From: Octopus vulgaris
Taxonomy: Eukaryota
Reading direction: 5' to 3'
Assembly (NCBI GenBank): GCA_951406725.2
Contig: OX597827.1
Location: forward strand, 32,488,001 to 32,552,000
Length of the DNA stretch: 64,000 nt
Of this stretch, positions 50,916-64,000 are shown piece by piece. Under the pieces are notes generated by a model. The model was given only the letters and a program-made list of their open reading frames with translations. It was not told the DNA's origin and did not search any database. Position numbers and translations under genes: made by a program. Positions within the stretch are counted from its first letter, which is position 1. Every line of letters begins with the position of its first letter.

Positions 50916-51199
50916 ATATACATTTATATATAGAGAGAGAGGGGGGAGGGAGAGAGATAGAGAGAGAGAGGGGGGAGAGAGAGATCGGTTATGAGAGGTA
51001 ATGGTGTCATTGAGACCCAAAGGTATCAGGTAATGCTGAATAAGTGCTATAGATAGACCATAGTTAAGTTCCAGGTTCGGTGATTATGAGAATATAAGGG
51101 GTCCAACTTAGGTCATATATCAGCGTGTGTATATAAATTTTTTTTCGGTAATGAGATAACAAACCAAGGCACTGTAGATTTTTGAACATTTATAAATAA

Positions 51200-51247
51200 G
51201 TCTTACAGCTGTTTCCAGGATATTTATTATATCCCTTCATCGGAGAC
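51200..51247 (-). ncRNA. minimal hammerhead-like motif (U4C variant)
   Basis: Minus strand: GTCT CCGATGA AGGGATAT-AATAA-ATATCCTG GAAA CAGCTGTA AGAC. Palindromic ACAGCTGT helix III, GUA site. Confidence 0.6.
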
Positions 51248-52709
51248 GGTGTGAGAAGATGGTTAAGCAATAGTTAATTTACATAAGATACGAAATTTAG
51301 ATAAGATACTTTAAATAAAACCCTTATTCAATAACACTATGGACATAATGAACCATAACAAATATCACTGATAGGGAGCATTATTTCCACTGTCTAACCT
51401 ATATTTCTCTAATGACAATATTCCCGACTTATAGAGTCTTCACTCAATACGATGCTCCAATAGCTGGGATGTCCCAAAAAATGGCTATCAGAGACTATCT
51501 TTACCAGTCTGTATTATTTTTACCATTCGTTATGGGGCCAAATTTTTAGATTGAATTAAATCAAATGTTTTCGTCCCGCTTTGATAATTTTTTTGCCTTT
51601 CCTCGCTACTTTAACCTGTACATTTTGACTCAAAGGGAAGCCACCACCAGCCGTTTTTGAACACGGCATTCACACAACCACAACTTCAACCGCTGTTCTA
51701 ACAGTAATTTTGGTGGCCCACCTATTCGAGCAATCAGAACGTATACCTATTAGTCATCTTGACCTAAACTCATCATATCTTCTATATATAAAACATCGTA
51801 TCGACCAGACAATCGGATGTTGCTACACACTGCCGGTCACAATGCACTTCCTCGCACTGCTGTAGTTTTCGAATGATGCCATTTCACTGGCTTGACGAGC
51901 AAACCAACTTTCCGCCTGAACGGGATGCCAATCCGTCGCAGATTAACACATTTACATTCTTTTCAAGAATATATTATGTCAATTAATTGCTGGAGTTCTC
52001 TGTAGTTACTATATTTATTGTGTATATAAACAGATTTGCTGCTTATTTCTCTGGAATGGGTCAAAGTGATGGAGACAACCCTGGTGAGAACTCAATAAGG
52101 TATGAAAACACATTAAGGATGTTCATCATTGTTTTTTCTCATTCTCCGGAGAAATGATTAAATTTGCCCTTATTATATATTTTCTATGTAGGCTTACAGA
52201 GAAACATACACACGCGCGCGTACACGCATAGACAGAGACACACACATACTTGTGTGTGTATAATTGTATATATGTATTTATGCAGTATGTATGTGTGTAT
52301 AAGGCACATGGCTTAGTGGTTAAGGTGTTGACTACACAACCACGAGATGGCGATTTCAGTTCCTAAACAGGCGTTGGGTTGTATTCTTGAACAAAACGCT
52401 ATGTCTCACGTTGCTGTGCGATCACTCCGACACCTGACGCGTGGTACACAGTGCACCTGTTCGGACAACGTCGATTTGACGAAGAGAGTGAGCTAATGCA
52501 TGGCACGAACCTTTGATCACTATAAACAAATCATTTGTGTAAGTCGTCCACTAAAAACTGAACGCTCATACAGCAAAAACTGAACGTTCTATGGTATTGA
52601 GCAGAATATTTGCTGCAGCCCATCTTTTGTACCAAGACAAAACAATGTACATAATAACACTTCCAATCAGTTAAGATGAGAAGCCATGAAAGCCACTGCC
52701 TGGTACTGC

Positions 52710-53460
52710 TATTATAGCAGAAATGGTCAAAGAGACAAAAAACATGAAAACAGAATTACAAAAGATACTGAAGAAGAAATGGAGAGAAAAATCACTCCAT
52801 GGCCAGTACCCTGTAAGGCTTGACAGAGGGGAAGTGAATCTAAGTAAAAGCCAACAATGGCTCAAAAGCTCTGGACTACAAGTTGAAACGGAAGGACTTA
52901 TCCTCGCCACACAAGACCAATGCCTGACTACGAACAATTATAAAAGCAAAATAATGAAAGCATGTCCTTACACCAAATGCAGAATGTGCAGCCAGCACAA
53001 TGAGACAGTTGACCACATCATCTCGGGCTGTCCAGTCCTTTCCAAATCTGAGTATATAGACACGACAAAGTAAGCAGTTATATCCACTGGACAATATGCC
53101 AACATTACAACGATAACACTGACAATAGGTGGTAAAACATGTACCAAAGAAGATATAAGACAACGACCAGGCCACAACCATCTGGGAGATGCCAGTTCAA
53201 ACTGACAAAGAAATAAAAGCTAATCGCCCAGGCATAATAATCAAGGATTGGGGCAAAACACCTACTTATTGGTAGACATTGCAGTCGCATCTGATCAAAA
53301 TATTGTCCAAAAAAGAAGTGGAGAATTTGCCCGAGTATAAAGACCTCGAAACTGAAGTATTCAAGTTGTAGGGCATAAAGGTGAAAACAATACCAATAAT
53401 AATTGGATCATTGGACATGATAAAAAAAAAACTATGAACAAAAACGCAGAAGTTATACCT
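52710..53460 (+). mobile_element. R4/Dong-like LINE 3' fragment
   Basis: LHGQY, ETEGLILATQDQCL.TNNY, CRMC...ETVDHIISGCPVL (CCHC), ANRPGIII..LVDIAV, TIPIIIGSL. Confidence 0.8.
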
Positions 53461-54515
53461 TGATCCTCAATCGAACTGCAGCAATTTTTGTCAGGCTCCC
53501 AAAGCATCAAGTGCTGAAAATGAACTTTTTATCTTCAATTTTAAAGGATTACAGAATTAACACGGGTTATAGGAACATAAACCTTCTTCCACGAAAAGAT
53601 AGCTTAAACTGTGCTCTAAATGGAGGTGTAGTCGAATCCTATTTGATGGACTCAACCATGTTATAAAATATGTCGAAAGGTATGCTACTATAAATCGGCA
53701 CGAACTTTCCGGACAACCCAATACATCCAGTATAGTTCTTTGGCCTTCTGGCATCATCAAGATTTGTAAGTCTATCTTAAGCCTGCCCCTTCTTCAATCA
53801 CACGCCTCCTCCCGTCACCTTCATACGGATCACTCACCCGTACCCGGATGCAAAGCTGACAAGCTAAAAGTCAACGTCATAACCAACCCCAATGACCACC
53901 ATTTTTTATAATTCTTTGACCCAAATTTTGGTGGTGGGGTGCTAATATATATGTGAATGGACTCATTACACAGTTACTAGATTGTTCTACTGTTCACTAA
54001 ATCACACCACATCGTACTACACACATCGCTAAGCTATAATATCTCAAGTGACACAAATCAGCTATCCAAGTATATCTTTCATGAAACCCGCTGGCAATAG
54101 CAACAACAGCACAAGCACCAGTAGCACCATCATTACAAGTAGCAGCACCAACACCACGAGTAGCAGCAACAGCGCCTCCAGCAGCAGCGCCTGCAGCAAC
54201 AGACAGCATTGTAATCTGAGCTTTTAAAATCTGTCAAAACCAGTAGAAATGCCACCAAAACAGCTGCAACATGTCTTGAAAGAAAATAAATTTACAAAAA
54301 TAAAATGCTTTGTTTGTTTCTTTTTTTTTAAGAAATCCGAAACATAAGGAATATTGAATTTTAGAAAAGAAAAACGAAAGCAACAAAACAAACGACGCAC
54401 ACCAGTAAGAGTGGCATCAGCAACAAAATTGACAATATTAAAATATCATATGTTTGTTGAGGAGGACGAATCTAGGGATTCGGTAAAACAAAGTTTTCAC
54501 CGAAAAATAAAGACA

Positions 54516-54581
<66 letters not shown>

Positions 54582-54585
<4 letters not shown>

Positions 54586-55143
54586 GCCCTGATGCAGTAC
54601 CAGACAGTGGCTCTTATGGCTTCTGATCTTAACTGATTGGAAGTCTTATTATGTACATTGTTTTGTCTTGGTATAAAAGATGGTCTACAGCAAATATTCT
54701 GCTCAATACCACAGATTTGCTTGTCAGTTGTTTGACCTTAACCAGTTGAGCATGTCCCTTAGTGGCTGACGATATGTGCAACTTTGATCACGAGCAGAAG
54801 TAGTTGGGGAGCATCATAGCCGTGTGTTGAAAGGAATTCTTAGATGTTTGGATAATTCACCTTTGGAAACATGGATGGTTCGTTCAACATCCTTAAACAA
54901 TCCTTATTCACAGACCATTTGAGCGGGATGGGCCACTCGACCTGAAGAAAATTCTAACTGGGCCCCACATGCAAGGTCATGTTCTGTTTATCTTGATATG
55001 AGATCACCATGTTGCGCAAATACGGTTGTGATGCAACAGCCTGGTGTACCCTTATAAGACGGGTAGTCATGATGGGTATACGGGACTTCATATATTTTAC
55101 TCCAATGTCACTTGTATGGCATGTAAGGCTCTCTCACTCACTC
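54582..55143 (+). mobile_element. family E repeat, longest copy, between two (AAT)n tracts
   Basis: (AAT)n at 54516-54582 and 55144-55172. Confidence 0.8.
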
Positions 55144-56149
55144 AATAATAATAATAATAATAATAATAATAACGGTGTCAAATGTTTGGCACAAAGTCAA
55201 TAATTTCTGGGTCGATCAGATCGACCGTACCCGACTGGTACTTTCTACTATAATAATAATAATCCTTTCTACTATAGGCACAAGGACTAAGGGATAAGTA
55301 AATTACATCGACACCAGTACTTGACTGGTATTTGATTTATCGACCTCGAAAGGATGAAAGGCAAAATCGACCTCAGCGGAATTTGAACTCCGAACGTAGC
55401 GGTTGACGAAATACAGCTAAGCATTTCGCCCGGCGTGCTAACGATTCTGCCAGCTCACCACCTTAATAATAATAATGATAATGATAATAATCATGATATC
55501 TAGCAAAACCTGTTGAAATTCTTGAAAATCGTTAAAACCGTGAACCATAGTTGCCTGCTGCTATCGTAACGGTGGAGACGGTGACGGGCAGCAGACAAAA
55601 TAGATATAGAGAAAGGGAAGAAGAATTGGTAAAGAAAGTTGTGATATGTTTTAGTTGAGGTAGTAGCAGTGAAAGACAGAAGAATAAAAAAGGAAATGTT
55701 GATGAGTCGACGTAGAACGTATAGTCATATATGCGCACGAACACAACACTTACCCTTTCATACACACAAACAGATATCTATCTATCTATATTCTATTTAT
55801 ATTATACTAAAACTCTGTTTTTCTGCCATTTGATTAAGATGATAAAGATTACAAATAAAATAGTCACTTGCCCCTTTAACAAAAAAAGAAAAAGAATATC
55901 AAGTTGAAAATGTTGTCAGTTGAAAGAGTCCGTCTTTTTTCTTATTTTCTTCTTCCATTAAGCATTTATACAACTTTCGGATCACCGTGGATTTGAAAGA
56001 TAGAAATTCTCCCTATATATTTATGAGATATTTTTGAATCACGAGTACTTGACTTTTTTTCTTAAAAGGCGAAAATTACTATTTTACTTAAAATGAAATA
56101 TTAATCTTTATCATCTTAAACAGAAAAACAGACAGAAAGACTATCTCTT

Positions 56150-56805
56150 TATAGACGAAGATCAGTTGCAATGGAAGGAGTTGAATCTCATAAAAATGGA
56201 AAAGCAAACAAGCGGGTTGTACCTTATAATGAAACTCTTTTAAGAACATTCAAATGCCACTGCAACGTTGAAATCGTTGCCTCAGTGAGGTGAATTAAGT
56301 ATGTCATCAAGTACACGCTGAAAGGAAATGACCAAGCTGCTGTTCAAATAAACAATGATAAATAAACAATGAAATTAGTCAATATCTAATGGATAGGTAT
56401 ATTGAACCATTCGAAGCAGTTGCGTCCATTTTAGGACTTTCAAATCATGAAAGAGCACCTGCAATAGTGAGACTGCAAGTTCATCTACCAGATGAACAAA
56501 GAACATTGATCAGAAATAACGAGGATATATATGGTTGTCAATGAACAACATATAAGAACAACACCGATAGAATTCTTTTCATTGTGCACCAATGATGACT
56601 TTGCAAAAACATTACGTTATGCTGAAATACGCATGTATTGGAACAGTAGTAACAAAAAACGGCAAGGAAGAAAGCGATGGAAAAAAGCTGAAGGCCATTT
56701 GAATGTTATCAAAGAGGAAACACTTAATCGTATTTATGTTGTCACACCGAAGGCAGAAAAACTGTATTACCTAAGAATTTTAATGCATGAAGTTCGAAAT
56801 AATAT
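56150..56805 (+). mobile_element. Helitron Rep/helicase fragment
   Basis: VVPYNETLLRTFKCHCNVEIV..IKYVIKY.LKGND, RYI.PFEA, IVRLQVHLPDEQ, RIYVVTP..EKLYYLRILM. Confidence 0.85.
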
Positions 56806-57117
56806 TTTTTTCTTTTATCGCTGCGCATCGACATTATATATATATATATATATATATATATGAGCCTAGATAAAGATAACTAACCCTGAAAGGAAATCCC
56901 AAAGCAATTATCACTTCTAATCGCAAACGTACCTTTTTCAGGGAATCTAGGATTACCCCAGCTAGAACTCACAAAAATCGGGAACACCAAGGACCCTAGA
57001 TAAAGATAATAACTAACCCCAAAAGGAAATCCCAAAGCAATTTATCACTCCAAATAGTGAATTAGGGATCAGGGGTTAAAGTAAGATTTAGAATTACAGT
57101 TAGGGTTAGAGTTTTAG

Positions 57118-57473
57118 TTTTACTTGTTTCAGTCATTTTGACTGCGGCCATGCTGGAGTAAAGCCTTTAGTCGAGCAAATCGACCCCAGGACTTTGTAAG
57201 CCTAGTACTTATTCTACCGGTCTCTTTTGCCGAACCTCTAAGTTACGGTGACATAAACGAACCATCATCGATTGTCAAGCAATGCTGGGGGTGGGGGACA
57301 AACGGACACAAACATACACATTATATATATATATATATACACGACGGGTTCCTTTCAGTTACCGTTTACTAAATCCACTCACAAGGCTTTGGTCGGCTCA
57401 GGACTATAGTGGAACTGAACTCGGAACCATGTGGTTGGTGAGCTAGCTACTTACCATACAGCCACTCCTGCGC
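57118..57473 (-). mobile_element. SINE family A
   Basis: Head and tail match. Confidence 0.85.
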
Positions 57474-57485
57474 CTATATATGTGT

Positions 57486-57573
<88 letters not shown>

Positions 57574-58395
57574 GGCCGTTCTTTCACAGGCCACAGGCTA
57601 TAGGAGACACTTGCCCCCAAAGTACCACGCATTGGGATTGAACCCTGAACTATGTGGTTGGAAGACAAACTCCTAACCACACAGCTAGGCCTGCGCCTAA
57701 TATATCCCCCAAAGGTTATTTTGGATGAAATATGCACGGAAAATTATTCGGGTATGTTTCCTCCAAGGGGCGTCAGTTCAGAAAGACATTTAAATCATCC
57801 ACCCACTTCTTTGAAGATAAGGAACCTTCTAGAAACCCAAAAAAGATTTAAGAATCTCGTTTCATTTTTTGGGTTTATCATATTTACAAGCTGCCATTAT
57901 CTAATGTGTTCTAAACCTTTTGTTTTTTAGTAGTAGTTGCTTTTTTTTGTTCTTTTTTTTTTGCTTTTTTTACATTTAGTGATATGATGTGATATGAGGA
58001 AGACCGAGTAACTGCTTCTAGTAGATCGAGCAACCAGATAAAGGCACCCTTCGTTGGTTCCCATGCTAGGTGGAATATGTATGTTTTTTGGCATAGAAAA
58101 AGCGAAATATTTAGCAAATTAAATAATTCTGAGGCGCCGTATGCGTGATAAAGGCCAGTGGGGGAAAGCGGCTGTCAGCATATGTAATACGCGGAGCATT
58201 GAAACGCTGAAACAGAATAAAATATGAGATGAAGTATGTGGGGGAGAGGAGGGAAGGGGGTGCAGGAATATTGTAAGATGACTTAAGCGGTATTTGCAAA
58301 ATGTTTCATCTACAATGGCAGTGAATGTCTGTACGTGTATTGTATGCATTATGTATTCTAGAAATATCTACGTATGTGTGTATGTGTATACACAC

Positions 58396-58437
<42 letters not shown>

Positions 58438-58438
58438 T

Positions 58439-58500
<62 letters not shown>

Positions 58501-58720
58501 GCTTAGATACTGGTGTCTAATCGAGGGGAGGTCCTGTGGTATATACATATACATAATATATATATATATATATATATAAATTAATCAATATAGGGTGGCA
58601 AAAAAATTTTTGTAGAATTCTTTTGCCTCCAGCGGCCTATTAATGTTATTTTGCGGTTAAAGCTTTTGGCTGTTATTTCTAGTGGGTGAATGGCCTATTA
58701 TGGCCGTTCCTTGATTGTGA

Positions 58721-58769
<49 letters not shown>

Positions 58770-58860
58770 GGATGTGAGTGTGTGAGATGAATAAATATGC
58801 TGCACGAGCAATATCGTCAACAAAAGAAAAACTGCTGCTGCTGCTACTACTACTACTGCT

Positions 58861-58898
<38 letters not shown>

Positions 58899-58997
58899 TA
58901 CACAAAGCCTGCATAAGTGCTACGAATGTACTTCATCTGTCTGTGAATCGGAATCTAATAACTGAGGTATGTGTATATATATATATATGTGTGTATG

Positions 58998-59078
<81 letters not shown>

Positions 59079-59119
59079 ATATATATATATATGTATGTAT
59101 ATATATATACGTATGTATG

Positions 59120-59150
<31 letters not shown>

Positions 59151-59231
59151 ATATATATATGTATGTATATATATAAATGTGTATATATATGTATGTATAT
59201 ATATATATGTATGTAAACATATATATATATG

Positions 59232-59326
<95 letters not shown>

Positions 59327-60247
59327 TATATATATAGGTAATCGTGTGGCGGGGTTACCCAGCAAATGCATTATAGATTTTTGGTAACTGTGGTAAACAG
59401 AAATATATGAGCACCATTCTATAAATATTGAATCACCAAAAAGATAATCTCGTTTGGATGTCAGGAATTTTGTTTGGTTTTCTCTTCAGATTATAACAAT
59501 GATAAAAACCTCTGCCGCCTGTAACTGTCATAGAAGCTGACGGTAATATTACAAGAGGCAGCACTAACTAGAAGTGGTAGTGATGGACATTTACCAGAAT
59601 TTCAGGCATGGTATACTTTTTCTGCCAATTTTTTTCTTCTGGGTTTCTCACCTCCTATGTATTCCAATCGGCAGAATGCTCAGCGCATCAGACATATGCT
59701 TAGCAGCATTTCTTCTGATTCTGTACGTTCTGAGATCAAATTCCTCCGAGGTTGAATTTGCCGTTCACAATTTCGAGGTCGATAAATTACGCACCAGTTA
59801 TGTACTGAGGTCGATGTAATCGACTATCCCCCTCCTCCAAAATTTCAGGCCTTGTGCCTAGAGTAGGAAGGATTATTATAATTATCAATATGGTAATGTG
59901 TAAAGAATCCATTCGGTCACAAATAACAATGGTATTGCACATAGAAAGTTACCCTCCAAGGCACAAGTCCAGGCAAGACCAGCAGTCGCTCATGGAAGGT
60001 CAGCAGTCGTTCATGCATACCAGCCTCCCCACTCTATGCCACTGATGTTATCCAAGAGAAAAGCAAAGGGACCGATATAGCTTGGTACCAGTGACGTTGC
60101 AACTCATTTCTACAGCTGAGTGAACTGGAACAACGTGAAATATAGTGTCTTGCTCAAAGAAGACAACATACAGCCCGGTACGGGAATCGTACTCACACCA
60201 CCACGATTGTAAGCCCGATTTTCTAACCACTGGTCCATGTGCCTTCA

Positions 60248-62575
60248 CATTATCCTTAAATCCTTTAAAATGTTTTAGCCCGAAGGCCATGGCCATGCTG
60301 GGGCACCACCGTTGAATGAGCTACACTAATATGTGAATCCACCTCTGATACGTGGCACTTGGTCAACAAGGGAGTTCGATGCTGCTGCCCGCATCTGTGT
60401 CTCCTGTCGTGAGGTAGGTTCATCTGGGACCCCCGACAAGAAGAAATCCAATTTAGTTTTAAAGAAACCCACATCCACACCATGCAAGTCTCTCAGGCAT
60501 TTAGGGAGGATGTTAAAGAGCTGTGGTCCTCTGAAACCCAAGCTGTTGCAATATCTGGTCCTGTATTTTGATGGTGATGTTGGAATCTTTGGCACCATGC
60601 AGTGGTGCCCCGTTCTGCGGTTGGGGTAACTTTGAATGCCAAAGTTTGGGACAAGACCCTCCAGGATTTTCCAGATGTATATCACCGCATATCTCTCCCG
60701 CCTTCGCTCTAGGGAGAAGAGTTTTAATACTTTCAGTCTTTCCCAGTAGCTGATATGTTGCATTGTGACGATCTTCTTTGTGTAGCTTCTTTGAATTGCT
60801 TCGAGTTCTGCTGTTAGTTTTATATTGTGTAGTGACCATAGTTGGGAGCAGTAGTCCAAGCGGCTGAGGACGAAAGTTTTCCACAGGACCATCAATGTCT
60901 CCTTCTCTCTTGTTCTGAAAGTTCGGAGAATCCATCCAGCTAGCCGTCTGCATTTTATCACCAGATTAGTAATATGCACTTGGAAAGATGCATCATTGCT
61001 CATGTCAATGCCCAGGTCAAGCACTGATTTTGACTCAGGGATTGCAATTCTTCCCGGGCCAGTGTATCCAGTCTGCATGTCGTTTACCTTTTTGTGCCAG
61101 TAGCGCAGGGCCTGGAACTTACCTGCGTTAAACTGCATGTTGTTGTCCTCAGCCCACCTGTATATTGTATCCAACTCCTGTTGCAGATGTGCAATATTTC
61201 CAGGGTTTTGTATTGTGTGGTAGACTTTTGTGTCATCTGCATAGCTAGCAAGAGTGGCCATCTTAGCAACTGAGGGCATGTCTGAAAGGGCCACTATGAA
61301 CAGCAGTGGCCCCAAGACAGTGCCTTGTGGAACACCGCTTGTTATTTGTTACCTTGGAGGTGGCTCCATTGGTCACAACTGCCTGCCTTCTATCTTTTAG
61401 GAAGTTGTGCAGCCACTCTCCAAGTTTTCCGCCTATGCCGAGACCAAGCAGTTTGTGACAAATCATACCGCGGTCGACTTTATCAAAGGCCTTTGCAAAG
61501 ACAAGATATATCACATCCACATTTGAGCCATTTAGTAGCTGTTTTAATACCCAGTCATAGTGTTGCAGGAGCTGTGTTAGGCAGCCTCTACCCGGTCGAA
61601 ATCCATGCTGGGTGTCAGTCAGCAAGTCATTTTCTTCAAGGAACATGATTAGTTTCTTGCGAACTATTCGTTCCATGACTTTGCTGATGTGTGAGGTCAG
61701 AGAGATAGGCCTATAATTTTTAGCATCTGCTCTGCTTCCTCCCTTATAGATAGGGCATATTACCCGCTCTTTCAATTTGACTGGGAGCTTACCACTTGCA
61801 AGAAAGCTCTGAAAAAGAAGCTGTAGCGGTTTTGCAAGGGCTCGTTTGTACGATTTGAGAAGGATCGCTGGAAATCCATCAGGTCCAGCAGCTGAGTTTG
61901 TGTCACTCTCATCTATGGCGAGTGTGATATCATCATCTTCAATGTTGATGTACTCAATTTTTGTCTCTTTGGCCGCTGGTAAAGTGGCAAAGAATTCTTC
62001 TGGGTTGTTTACTTGCCTGTGTCCTAGAGGTGTAGTGAACACACTTTGGAACTGTTCGTTCAGTATTTCACTTATCCTCGTGGGATTTCCTGTGAGAGAG
62101 CCATCTTTTTGGAAGAGAGGTCCTATTCTCTGGTGCACTGTGGCTGTCTCTTTGGCAAACTTAAAGAAAGCTTTAGGGTTTGACTCGATATTTTCTATTA
62201 CCCAAGCTTCTTTATCTGCTCTCTCCATTTCATGAGACTGATGCAGACTTTTCTCAATTTCCATTAGCATTCTCTCGAGTCGAGACTTCTCACCACTTTT
62301 GGTTGCTTGCTCAGGCGGTTCGCAATTCTTGTCCGTCGTCTCATAAGAATCTTCCTTTCTCTAGGGATCCTGTTTTTGTTTTTGTGTGTGCTGGCCCTGC
62401 ACACTGGGACATATTTGTCACATATGGCTTGTATTATGGACATGAAGTGTTTGTGTTTCATGTTTATGTCCGGTGTGGAGAGACATTTAGGCCAATCGTG
62501 CTTGAGGATCTCTTTCTCGATCAACTTCCAATTTGCTTTATGAAAGTTTAAGTTGGAGAGATTGTGGATGCTTCG
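60248..62575 (-). mobile_element. 5'-truncated CR1/L2-type LINE with nearly intact RT and complete 3' end
   Basis: AAGPDG, NYRPISLTS, QHGFR.GR.C, FAKAFDKV, GPLLF, YADD, SRLDYCSQLW, SLERRR in ORFs 61263-62270 and 60326-61315. Short (TTTAAGGA)-like tail. Confidence 0.92.
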
Positions 62576-62708
62576 TATAGGCTGTATATTATTATTATTT
62601 TAACCTGGTTACAATATAAACAAAACTGAAAACATAATAAAATAAAATACACAGATAAATAAACAAATGGAAGTAAATAACTATACACATTTTTATTATT
62701 ATTATTAC

Positions 62709-62742
<34 letters not shown>

Positions 62743-62750
62743 CATACATG

Positions 62751-62805
<55 letters not shown>

Positions 62806-63047
62806 GTAGGTATAAACACATGAATAAAATAAAAATAAACAAAAACAAAAACAAAATACACGAACGTATATAAACAGGAGATACAAATATTACAGGCACT
62901 CACCACCCCCACACACACTAACTAAACATAGACACACATAGAGATATGCGCATGCGCAAATGAAGACACATACAATAGAAATACAAAATACAAAATGGCT
63001 GACCGTTAGTAAGGCGAGACACACAAATAAGAAAGAAGAAAGCAAAG

Positions 63048-63091
63048 GACCACTGATGCGGTCACAGGAGTGTGACGAAAGAACTCTGGCC
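63048..63091 (+). ncRNA. hammerhead-like motif (A9 variant)
   Basis: GACCA CTGATGC G GTCACA-GGAG-TGTGAC GAAA GAACTC TGGCC. Confidence 0.45.
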
Positions 63092-63210
63092 GAAATAAGA
63101 TTAAGATTAATGTAAAAAATATATAACGCTGAAGCAAAGTAACACCAAATATATAATGCGTGTGTTTTTATTGGCTAAACTGGCAAAATGACCATTCCTA
63201 AATACAACAA

Positions 63211-63259
<49 letters not shown>

Positions 63260-63690
63260 TTATAACTGTTCAATATTTGGTAAGTTGAAGCAAATTTTTA
63301 CTGCATTACCTGCTACACCTCCGTGTTGCTGAGGTGTATGCCGCATTATGTGTTAACTTTTCACGGTACTGTATTGTGTTAGTTTTTTCCTCTCTTGAGG
63401 TATGGTGCAGTGTCTTTTGATGTATTACTGTTTGTTTTGTGTGTTGAGCGTGTAATGCATTGGTTTTCTAGCTTGCTGGTGGAAGTTTATTTCACTGGGT
63501 CTCGTGTTTGTGGGTTATTTTGTTTGGGTTGTATTATTGAATTGATAGTGTTATGCGTAGGATGTGAGCTGTTCCATTGCAGGGCTATTTTTTGGATAGT
63601 GTGTAGTGTTGAGGGTCCAGATATAGCTTCTACGTTTTTGTTCCTAAGTTTTTTTTATCATGCCCGATGCTCCGGTCAAGTGGTTGGTTA
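63211..63690 (-). mobile_element. extreme 3' end of an R4/Dong-like LINE ending in (AAT)n
   Basis: Minus strand GASGMIKK, LHTIQKIAL, GTAHILRITLSIQ-stop, 3' UTR, then (AAT)n. Confidence 0.65.
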
Positions 63691-64000
63691 CTGAGCCAAC
63701 TTCCCCAATTGCGTAGCTTACTACTCTAGTGAGGTGAGTGTCTGGACACACAGCAAAACTAAAGAAAAGACTTGTTAAAGTTCAGATGAGCTCCTTGTAG
63801 CCCAACGGCCATTTAGTCGGGAAAGGTAATGACAAACCGCATCATTAATCTATCAGTCAATGAAACACGATGAGGAAGTCAGAACGAAGTAACGCTATGG
63901 CGTCATCCGATGGGAGAACTCGCGCTTAATCGGGAAACCTTTCGCTACAGTCTCATTAACGCGTTGTAAAAGCGTACGAAATTTGAAAGAACACTTATGT

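Noticed and set aside
54090-54210. GCA-rich poly-Ala/Gln-like ORF (also the GCG-rich stretch at 34170-34250)
   Set aside because: Low-complexity trinucleotide repeats without supportable splice structure or protein motifs.
54585-54650. CTGATGC...GAAG at the family-E end as a hammerhead
   Set aside because: No CUGANGA/GAAA core with flanking stems could be built.

Overview
AT-rich eukaryotic DNA dense in microsatellites and SINEs. The repeat families and composition are most consistent with an octopus or other coleoid cephalopod genome (inference). The only supportable host gene is the 3' end of the RNA polymerase I largest subunit (POLR1A/RPA1): 8 exons on the + strand at 1124-16726 that splice in frame at GT-AG junctions. 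Most of the remainder is mobile DNA: two CR1/L2-type LINEs, R4/Dong-like RLE fragments associated with (AAT)n, RTE, Penelope and Helitron fragments, two Tc1/mariner elements, MITEs and at least four SINE families. Four observations stand out. (1) Minimal type-I hammerhead-ribozyme-like motifs with palindromic helix III occur in several unrelated short repeats, and one family places the hammerhead behind a tRNA-like Pol III head. (2) At 46139-46995 the 3' part of a mature tRNA-Trp (with CCA and a substitution at position 58) is fused to an LTR-like fold-back palindrome, preceded by alternating LTR-end/tRNA units; this looks like a fossil reverse-transcription intermediate. (3) (AAT)n-targeting elements are nested inside the hammerhead SINE. 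(4) A LINE 3' end is shared with the dominant SINE tail. All calls were made by eye; no database searches or folding programs were run.
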